Source of the DNA: Proteromonas lacertae | Lineage: Eukaryota | Direction: 5' to 3' | DNA length: 64,000 nucleotides | Assembly (NCBI GenBank): GCA_002245135.1 | Contig: NGBS01000602.1 | Coordinates: 1-64,000, forward strand | Shown here: positions 10,751-20,799 of the stretch, piece by piece | Position numbering within the stretch: position 1 is the stretch's first letter | Layout: each line of letters begins with the position of its first letter | Position numbers and translations under genes: made by a program | Notes under the pieces: model-generated | The model's database searches: none | What the model saw: the letters and a program-made list of their open reading frames with translations, nothing else | Told to the model about the DNA's origin: nothing

Positions 10751-10845
10751 TTTCGCGCGCTCTCTGTCTAAAATTTGAATTATTTAAAAAAACTAGGAGT
10801 TTTAATAATTTAGCGCGAGCTAGCTTAATTGGTTTTCGCGCCAAA
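10751..10845. promoter_or_regulatory. E2F-type sites upstream of the last viral ORF
   Basis: TTTCGCGC at 10751 and TTTTCGCGCCAAA at 10833-10845. Confidence 0.55.
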
Positions 10846-10964
10846 AACTATTTTTTAGTTATAATGATTAGTTCAAAATAGAATTTAAATTTTATATAGG
10901 AATTCTATACTATTCATTCAAATCTATTTTGAAAAATACAATTAATCTTAAAATTATTGAAAAA

Positions 10965-11249
10965 ATGTCTTCACCCATTAATCCTAAAGAAGCAGTTGAT
11001 TTAACAACTGAAAACAATGAACCTTGTATAAATACACATTCAAATTATTTTTCAGAAGCGCATTTCATCATCGATTTAACCAATGACGATGATGAAGTGC
11101 CAAAGAAGCGCAGTTACGCTGTCATGACAACCAACGGTCGCACAAAACGTTACAAAACAAGAACGGTTACAAAAATGCGAACAATTGATGAACAAGATTT
11201 ACCTGAAGAAGAAGGACCCATCAGTAGATTAATTAATTCAACTCATTAA
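10965..11249 (+). CDS. Small viral protein with two SIM-like motifs and an NLS
   Basis: ATG 10965; AVDLT, FIIDLTNDDDE, PKKR. Confidence 0.65.
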   Translation: MSSPINPKEAVDLTTENNEPCINTHSNYFSEAHFIIDLTNDDDEVPKKRSYAVMTTNGRTKRYKTRTVTKMRTIDEQDLPEEEGPISRLINSTH

Positions 11250-11426
11250 TTGTTTTTATGATTGAATTATGACTCTAAATGCTTTTTTTGATACTTTAAA
11301 AAAAAAACATAAAAAAAACTGTGCATGAGCACAGGCCCGTACTCGCCATACTTCAAATTTTAAAAAAGCTTGATTCACAAACCGCCAGTTTAAAAATTCA
11401 AAAAATGAAACGGCTATTTTTATTTT

Positions 11427-11487
11427 AGCCTCGGGTCCAGCGTCAAGCCTCGTGGTCTAGCGTCAAGCCATTTTGGGTCTGTAGCCC
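11427..11487 (+). repeat. GC-rich subterminal tandem repeats
   Basis: AGCCTCGGGTCCAGCGTCA, then AGCCTCGTGGTCTAGCGTCA, then a degenerate third copy. Confidence 0.8.
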
Positions 11488-11615
11488 TTAATATATATTA
11501 TTATTGTCTTCATCACACCTCCTACATTAGAATTAAATCACATTTTAAGTTTTGGGTTATTCAAAATTTTGATAAAAATCAAATTTCGTTATTTTTGTTA
11601 TATATTTACATAAAG

Positions 11616-14359
11616 ATGATAATAAAAGTGAATAAAGCAATAAGAGAAGAGGGGTATATTTTGTGTTTATTTTTATGATAGATTATGTCGAAAATTGGTT
11701 GAAAGTGGTTTTGGTGATATAGAAGTGAAGATTAGAGATAATCGAATAATGTCAATCAAATCAATTTTAGTGAATGGAAATGAGACTGTAAAGAAACTGT
11801 TGTTAGATCGTGAGTTTGTTGGAGTTTTGGAGTTATATGAAGAAATCGAAGAAATTGGCTATTATGAGATGGAGAAATACTACAGTGGTGGTGAACTGAT
11901 AATGTGTAAAGAGAGTGTATGTGAAGTGTTGATGTTTTGTTTATGTTATTGTGAAAAAGAGATAATAAATGATTGTTATGAATTTGTGAATAATAATATA
12001 GATGATGAAGTATTAATGAAATTAATTCATATGTGTAATGTATTTGGTGGATGTTTGAGAGAGATAGAAGAATTGAAAAATATGGAAATAGAAAAGCGAG
12101 GATATAAATATTTATATAAGAATGAATATTTGTTGAGATTAGAAATGAATAATTTGATTGAGATATTAAATATGAAAGATGTGATAATAGTGAATGAGTT
12201 ATGGTTATTAAATCGGTTATTAGAATGGTATAAATTCCAAAAGAATAAGAAAGATAATAAAGAGATACAAGATGATTTTAAACATTTGATAGAAGAAGAT
12301 ATCGATTGTGAAAAGATAAAAGAGAAAGAGATAGAAAAAGAGAATAAAGAAATGTTGAAAGAAATGAAAATAGAATTAAATAAAATGAATGTAAAAATCA
12401 TATAGAATTATATTGTATAAAAGATGAGAGAATTCAAAATGTAATAATAAACAATTACAATGAAGATAATGAAGAAGACTTTAATGAAGAAGAAAGAGGA
12501 ATATTGGATAAGATAGAAGAAGAAGAATTGAGTGATGAAATAATGTGTATATTAGAAATGAATAATATAAAAATGATCGAGATAGTATTGATGATAATGA
12601 AATATAAAAATGTAAAAATGGAAAGTATAAATACTAAAAATATATTTAAATAGAATATATCTCAAATACAGAAAAGAGAAATCTATTGGAAAGATTATGT
12701 ATGGAATACAATGAGAATAAAAGAAATCGAACAATGAAATGTTTATGTTTATTTGTTGATGATAAAAAGAATATTTCAATAATAGAAGAAGTATGTGGAA
12801 AAGAGATTCTTTTAGAATATTGAATGAAGATAATTATTTAAACTCCAAATCTAAAGAATTATTAATCCAATATATAAAAGAGAATAAACTGAGTTTCGAA
12901 GAAGAAGAAGAAATGATAAAAATAATGAAAGATAAAGAATTATTGAGTGAATTAAAAACAAAAGAAATCACCTCATTTTCATATCCTCAATCAGAATATT
13001 TATTTGGAATAAATGAAGAAATATCAATAATTCCTTTATGTGATGGAAATCGATGTGAATTTTCAGTCAATCCTTCATTGCCAGATGGAATGATGATAAA
13101 TAAAGAGAATGGAATAATTAATGGAAAAGTTGTCGCGCGCGATAAAGAAATTTGCGCGGTAAAGGAAGTAATAAGTTTCCATTAAAGTGAATATGTTAAT
13201 ACTTATTTGGAAGGCCGAGTAAATATAAATATAACATTATTTTGTCTACTAAATTACATATGTTGAAATTGTTATCAAGTTTTCAATAAGATTTATATCA
13301 TCTATTATTAATCTTTGTAATTATTTTTTTATTTAAATCGCTAGAATATATTAGCATATATGTCTTATTATCATATTGATATATATATAGCACCCTTTAA
13401 AAAAATATTAAAGAAAAAAGAAAATACGTTCAAGCCTTCTTCAAGCCAATATTTTATTTTTTATTTCAAACCATCGTAACATCGATTTTGTTTAATCTTT
13501 TCATCAAAGAACTGTTTATTTCAATTTCTTCCTGTGATATATGCAATAAAAATAATGTTAAATGATAGAAATAATTAAGATGGATATAAAGTGAATATTT
13601 ATGAATAATTGAACATAACTATTGTATATGACTGTTATAAGACAAAATGATTATATATTCATGCATAGCGTAATGACATTAACAATAATATTATATTAGA
13701 TCTAAATATAAACAATTACTTCCTTTATCGCGCAAATTTCTTTATCGCGCGCGACAAAAGTTGATAAAAAAATCGAAAAGAGAGAATATGAAATAAGTTG
13801 TAAGAATATTGTAAATGAAAAGAAAATCAAAATATCATTAGAATTCAATGATTTTAAATTCACAGAATTAAACAAAAATAATGGAATAACAATCTCAAAT
13901 AATTGAAAATTAATTATTAATAAATTCTATGATCATCGTCATTGTTATTTGAATTTGAAAATGGAAAATGGAGTTTATCATATCAAATATAAATTTCATC
14001 AAAATGGAAGTTATTATGATAGTATGATGTTAGGATTATCAACTTATAATACATATTCTGGTGATGATATTGATGAACAATCAACAACATGTAATTATTA
14101 GGCATAAAATGGTAAAAGTCAAGATATTAATGATTATTGTCATATTGGAAGAGTTGTTAATAAAAATCCAAATTTCAATAATCATGGAGATGGTTCAATT
14201 TATGAAGTGATAGTTGATATGAATAAAAGAGAATTTTGGATAAGTCATAATGATTCATCTCCTGTTTTACTTGTTAAAGATTTACCTTCTCCATTATATC
14301 CATATGCGTCAATAATAGGAAATAATGCTTCAGTTATACTATTATCAGTTTCACACTAA
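11616..14359 (+). pseudogene. BTB-like + Ig-like (He_PIG) + SPRY-like pseudogene, MITE-interrupted
   Basis: Exon 1 MIIKVNKAIREEG, then a BTB-like region and the LPDGMMINKENGIING motif. The frame resumes after the MITE; several in-frame stops. Paralog at 40914-43040. Confidence 0.7.
13131..13756. mobile_element. 626-bp MITE with TGT...ACA ends (Ginger2/TDD-like)
   Basis: 42-bp TIRs (13131-13172 and 13715-13756, 41/42 identical); 5-bp TSD AAAGT at 13126-13130 and 13757-13761. Confidence 0.93.
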
Positions 14360-14381
14360 AATTAAAAAAATCATTATTTCT

Positions 14382-17300
14382 CAGGGTTGTATAAATAGGT
14401 AACCTATAGGTTATAGGTAAAACCTATAATTTATCTTTGACTGTCAGTCGGTCAAACCTCGAGCATTATTTTGTTAAAATCTATTTAAATAACTTATTGA
14501 GTTACATTTGTTTTATACAAACTACCATACTATATAAAATATTATTCCTGCTTCTTGTTTTACTTTAGTTACTATAGTTATGACTAAGATTGGTTGAAAT
14601 TGTATAAGTATCTATTCTGATACATTATATTAATCTACAAATTACTCAATAGTGATATTTAACATATTTATAAACAACTTGTTATTTGATGATTAAGTTA
14701 TGTTGATTACTATCTCTAAAAACAAATATTGATGTAATTATAATAATAAATCTCTATTTGTGGATACACTATAAAAATTTTCTAAGTGTATTTTTTGTCT
14801 TTTTTGTCTTTTTTCTCAATAACCATAAGGAATTAAAAAGTAAAATTTTACCATAACATGAATTATATGTTAGAATATATGATAGTGTAGTTAGTTTCTA
14901 AATTACCTAATTTAGGTATCTTATCTCTTTATTGCATATTTATATATATATAGTCATAGCTACTAACATAACATAAACAAAATCTTTTGATTTTCTTTCT
15001 AAGGTTATAAAAATTAAATACAGTTTGAAGTGTTTTAACCTTAATACAACGTATTCCTTATTTGGGAACTTAAAACCATTGATATTTTTTTGTTGGCATC
15101 GGACACTAATTTAAAGGGTTGTGGTATAGGCCATTTTTGGATTGAGAGAAATTAATTTTGATGAGTAAATTTGGCTTGTTAGGCGATATTATGTGCAGAT
15201 CGTAAAAAGTATTCATATATGGATCAGTTATCAAGTTATTTCCCCTCAATTCCCTGTAGATATGAAGATATTAGCTTTTTTTATATTTACTTGCTCCCAC
15301 CTTAGTAGCTGTATTACACTATTTAACAGCATATATAAACATCATAAATATAATAAAATAATTAAATAACTGTTCTAAACTATTACTGATTCTTAAATTT
15401 CTCTAAAAATTTCTATACAACCTATTGAATATATAAATTAATAATATATACTTTATATAAATGTCATTTCTAATGCAGAACCAGCATAAGGTAATCTATT
15501 TTATAGAATCATAATCATATACTTTAGTAATGATAGAACTTTATTAAATATCTTCATATTTCATGAATTTAGTGATACAAAAATAGTATTCACTATAATT
15601 TTTATAAATTATATTAAATATTATACTTATAAATGTGAATTGATAGCTCTTTAACCTTGATAGGTAGATATACTATATTTCCTGTTTTCTTTATAGTTAT
15701 AATACTGATCATAATCTTTAATATTTTTCATTCCTCTAACACTATGTCTTACTTTCTTCCCACCTATTTTCCTTACATAACTATTACATGATCGGCAGTA
15801 ATACTTGGAAGATACAAAGTTATGATAATTCATTAACTTTATCACTCCAGGCATATCTCCAATAAACGAAATACAATACACATTATAAAACTCACTATCA
15901 ATCTTAATTCCATCTAAAAATAAGTCATTGAGTTCTTTGCATATTTTGTATGAAAACACATAAACAACATTATTATTTGTACTAAATATACTCTTTTCTA
16001 CTCCATCAAGGCTTATTACTATATTTTGTCTATTCTGTTTATGTTTATAGAGTTATTACATTTTTCAATTGATGAACTAATTATTGGAATTTCTTTTATA
16101 TTTGTCAATAAATAAACTAGACTTTCTTTAATGCTAAGATAATTATCCTTATCTGGATTTGGCAAAATATTATCTTTAATTACTTTACTCTTTAATGATT
16201 TGAAAGTTCTGCAGCTTATAAGATGAATACTAGATAATTCTTTTAATAGAATTGATGAATTGACATTAGAAATATAATTCTTTATAAAGAATTTGTATAA
16301 ATATGACATTAATCTATACTCGTTATTACTTGCATTTTCATCATCATCTTCCACTTCACTATCTTCATTATCTTAGTAAAATACTAATCAAAAAATCAAT
16401 TAAATAAATTCAATTAAGTTTGTTATTACATTGACAATGTAAAGAATATATTTTACCGATTTATTTTTTTCAATTTACTCAATTAGTTCAATCTATTCAC
16501 TCGTTTTTTTGTATAAATTAAACTATGTAAAGTAGATATAACATATAAATAGATGTAATATAGGTGTTTATTCAGTATTTGAACATATTTATTATAATAC
16601 ACATACACAGTATATATAACAGATTCAATATATTGTATTGGCTTAGACCAATTAATATTATAAGTTTAATAAAATTATTTACCACTTCTCAAAATCCATT
16701 CTAAGTTATATGAAGGTTAAGCGATAAAAATATTACCATGCCTTTAATTTTGTTTGTTGTTTAGAAATATATATATAAAATAGTAAAAATTTAAGAACTT
16801 GAGAAATTTGTTCATATTTTTTTAGACTGCAAGTGCAGCTTTTATTTTATGGTATAATTTAACTTAGTATGTACTGTACTTTAAGTTTATATAGTTAGTA
16901 TTTATATTTCACTTCATTAAAAAAACATCAAAAAATAGAATTCTTTGTTTTATAGCTATATATAAAGCAGAATATGAGATCACTATATATACAAAAAATC
17001 TTATCTTAATTTAATCTCTAACATAATGAAAAAAACAAAAGAAAAAGGTATAAAAGTCAAATATTGACAAACCAGATCTGAGCCAAGTATTGTAATCCTA
17101 TTTGCAAAATGAAATTCAATGTGAATTATTTTTTATAGTGTATTAATGATTTGTCTTCAATAAGTCTCTTACTTTCTCAGTTTCTGAAAATAAATAATCA
17201 TTATAAACCTCTCTTCGAGAGTTATACTATATCCTAGTTTGAAGCAAAACATTCTAAATACTGGTGAGTCTAATATTGTGGTACTGACTGAACTGAAGGT

Positions 17301-17638
17301 TATGAATTTAAATAGATCTTTGTTGACAGAATCTGAATTGACTTTGGCTTTTACCATATGTAATAATCTGAATATTTTATTTTAATCACGTTTTTCCAAA
17401 ACATTTTGGAGTAGTTAAAATTTTTATGAAACATTCTATAATTGAATAAATCCACAGCTTCTTTCGATGCGATAGGGGGTAATGTGATAGTAATATATTT
17501 GAAAGATGATGTATAAAACATTGATGTTCAATAGGCGGTCAACTAATAGTTAGTGTAAGGAAGGTAAAGGTCAAGCTAAAGATATAGGTTTTGACCTATA
17601 GTTAAACCTATTTTTTTTGACCGAAAAATACAACACTG
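14382..17638 (-). mobile_element. Decayed hAT-like DNA transposon
   Basis: Ends CAGGGTTGTAT / ATACAACACTG (10/11 inverted match), ACCTATA and GGTCAA subterminal repeats at both ends, hAT-like fragment at 17169-17357. No clean 8-bp TSD. Confidence 0.65.
15651..16354 (-). pseudogene. CACTA/CMC-like transposase fragment
   Basis: FIGDMPGVIKLMNY...KYYCRSC matches the D-x-P...CxxC motif; stops on both sides. Confidence 0.65.
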
Positions 17639-17716
17639 ATTATAATGAATATATGATAAATTAAGTAATTGAATCAAAATAAAACAATTATTTAATAATT
17701 GAATCAAATTTATAGA

Positions 17717-18795
17717 TTAATATTAATCTTTCAGTATAACCAATAATAATACCGATAAAACAATTATTACCACTAATAACATCAATATATAATTGTATTT
17801 TCCATAAAAATTATTAGCCTGCAATAGTATCTTACACTCACGTAATTCTTCTTGGCTAGACGCAAATACTAATGCAGAATTTAAGTATTGATCCGCTTGG
17901 TAACGTTTTTTCTATTTCATTAATAACTATGTACAGCTATGTATATATACAAGATGGAAATAAATTTTACCAATATTTAAGCGACATTGATATCTTTCTT
18001 CGTTTGTAGAGGCAAATATTAAAGCAGTTTTAAAATAATCTATCGATTCTTCACATTGGCCCTATTTCATTAATAAATATATATAAATATATACTATATA
18101 GAATTTACAACTACCTATAATAAAGTTACATGAGTACTTATCTTCATTTGAAGAGGCATATTCTAAGGCATATTCATTGTATTCTATTGCTTTTTCACAT
18201 TTTCCCTATTTCATTAATAACTATGTAAGATATGTATATATACAAGTTTGTAATAAATTTTACCAATATTTAAGCGACATTTAAATCTTTCTTCGTTTGT
18301 AGAGGCTAATATTAAAGCAGTTTTAAAATAATCTATCGATTCTTCATATTGGCCCTATTTCATTAATAAATATAAATAAATATATACTAAATAGCATTTA
18401 CAACTACCTATATTTAAGTTACATGAGTACTTATCTTCATTTGAAGAGGCATATTCTAAGGCATTTTTATAGTATTCTATAGCCATAACATAATTCCCCT
18501 AAAACTATATCATTATATATATACTAATTCAAAATATCTGTTTGCTTCATCATATTCTTCATTGAAATTTACATATTTCATTTTTATTAATAGTTTATTC
18601 ATACATTCATAATCTTCAATAGATTCCAAAAAACTCAAAATTGAGTTAATTACATCTTTTAAAGAAATATGATTAACATATAAATCAACTAACTTATGTA
18701 AATCATCTATAAACACATCTTTGTTGTTTTTTAATTCTACACGGACTTCTTCAGAGTAGAGAGGTTCTTCTTGATTTTTTGATGGAAAGAATATC

Positions 18796-18830
<35 letters not shown>

Positions 18831-19716
18831 ACTTTAAAATAATCTTTCCAGTATAATCTGAACAAATTTGAATCCATATTACTTATTTCTTTTAAAGTAT
18901 TTTCTTTAATTCTTCCATCTCTTAAATAGAAATTTAAAATTAAGGAATAATAGTAATCAGGACAAGTATATTCTTCATTTGTTGAGCCATCTGTTAATGT
19001 GGAAGAAGATAAGGAATCACTCAATAAAATAAGTGGAGCAGGACTTGACATATTACTTATTCTTTCTTCAATTTCTTCCAACTTTATTCTTTTACTTACA
19101 TCTTTTTCTAACATTTTTAATATCAATTCTTCTATCTCAAATATTCTTTTTCCACTTCTTTTAAATTCTATTTTTTTGTTTGACAGTATTTCATTCTCTA
19201 TTTCTGTTTCTTTAAATCCTTTATATGCCATTTGTAGTGTATATAATTCGTATAATATACATCCCAATGAGAATATATCACTGGCAGTTGAATAATGAGG
19301 AGGTACGTTTTGGAATAATTCTGGAGCCATGTAATTATAAGTACCTTTTAGAACATGCTCAGTTTCTTCATTTTCAATGGCCAAACCAAAATCACTTAAT
19401 ATCAATTCATAATGATTTCCTACTAAAACATTTTCAGGTTTAAGATCTCGATGAAGAATTCTTTTACTGTGAATATATTTCAATCCTCCTACCAAATCTT
19501 CTATATATCTTGCTATCAATCAATCCTGCTATCCTTTAGTATCAAAACATGACGATCTTTCAGTTCTCTTAAAATGTTAACTTCTTTTTCTATAACATCT
19601 ATTTTTCTATTCTTTATTTTTATATCCTTTCTTGCAAGTTCAATACCATTATATACAACTAAATGAACTCTACCGTATCTACCTTTTCCTATCATACCTA
19701 TCACTTTTTCATCCAT
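17717..19716 (-). pseudogene. Ser/Thr kinase with TPR-like repeats, probably disrupted
   Basis: GKGRYG, HRDLKPEN, DFG and APE are present, but the hinge region is missing at a frameshift near 19516. Repeated helical exons follow; the 3' end is approximate. Confidence 0.65.
17912..18495. repeat. Tandem duplication, ~294-bp period (two exon+intron units each)
   Basis: CTATTTCATTAATAA recurs at ~17912, 18062, 18206 and 18356, with near-identical alternate units. Confidence 0.9.
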
Positions 19717-19832
19717 TTTATAAGTTTTTTTGAACTTAATAAAATTATGTATGTAAATCTAACAAATTAGATTTCAAAAATGAAAAAGGCTTGAAAGAAT
19801 CAAACCTATATTATAAAAATTGAGTTTTCTCA

Positions 19833-20502
19833 ATGAAAGATAAAGCAAAAAAGATAAAAAAGTTAGAAATAGAAAATCCATATATAATTACATTGTATAT
19901 TCACCTGTTGTATTTATTAGACCTCAAATTCCTGAATCTGAGAGTGAAATCTATTTAGAGAAAATCAAACAGTATAATATTTGAAGTAAATGATTGATGA
20001 TATATAGTAATCTATTACCTATTTTATGTGAATATTTTGAAAGAAGAAAAAGAGTTAAAAAAGTGAAAGAGAATGAGAGTGATGATTTTATTCCATTGCC
20101 AATAAAGAAATCAAATAATGAGAAGATATGTGTGATAGGTATAAATGAATGTTTGAGATGTGTGGAGAATAAAAACCCTTTAATAGTAATAATAAATGCT
20201 CAACTTGAGTATATATATAATGAAACTGATATAATTTGAATAGACCATTGTATATGATAAATCATTTAGTGTTATTGTGTTGTTTAAAGAATATAAAAGT
20301 GTTATCAATTCCAAATTCAAGTTTTGAAGTTTCAAAGATATTGAAAATCCATCGATTTTCATCATTTTGTTTATTGGAAGAGTGTTTGAATAATGCAGAT
20401 GATAAATTTGTAGAATGTATTCGTTTGTTGTTAAAAGTTGGAAAGATTCCAAATAGTAAATGGATTCATGAGATAAAGAATAATATAAATACTAATAGTT
20501 GA
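19833..20502 (+). CDS. L7Ae-family protein, RNase P/MRP RPP38/Pop3-like (spliced)
   Basis: VIGINECLRCVE...HLVLLCCLKNIKVLSIP L7Ae pattern; three short introns. Confidence 0.7.
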
Positions 20503-20608
20503 TGTGTTAATTTGTGTTTATATTGAATAAAATGAAAAAAATGAAAATAAAAAGAAAGAAAAAGAGATTGTGAAGATTAATATATGAAAAAGTTAATAAA
20601 ATTTATGT

Positions 20609-20681
20609 GGGGATGTAGCTCAGATGGTAGAGCGCTCGCTTAGCATGCGAGAGGTAAGGGGATCGATGCCCCTCATCTCCA
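20609..20681 (+). tRNA. tRNA-Ala (AGC)
   Basis: GGGGATGTAGCTCAGATGGTAGAGCG..., anticodon arm CTCGC-TTAGCAT-GCGAG, ends ATCTCCA followed by a T run. Confidence 0.98.
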
Positions 20682-20799
20682 ATTTTCTTTTTATTTTTCT
20701 TTCTTTTTTTCTTTATCTATCTTTATTCTATACACATTTTTATTTTTAATAATCAAACAAACACACTTTTTAAAATACATAGAAAATATAATATTTAAT

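Noticed and set aside
11488..11505. Adenovirus core-origin-like ATAATATA near the viral end
   Set aside because: Too likely by chance in AT-rich DNA.
11616..14359. Stop-codon reassignment to explain in-frame stops
   Set aside because: Conserved genes end at standard stops and very long ORFs are stop-free; pseudogenisation is sufficient.
14374..17646. 8-bp TSD for the hAT-like element
   Set aside because: Flanks TTATTTCT and ATTATAAT do not match.
18799..18828. (TA)n tracts here and at ~28802, 58223, 58714, 58908 and 62882
   Set aside because: Ordinary intronic microsatellites expanding from the GTATAT donor.
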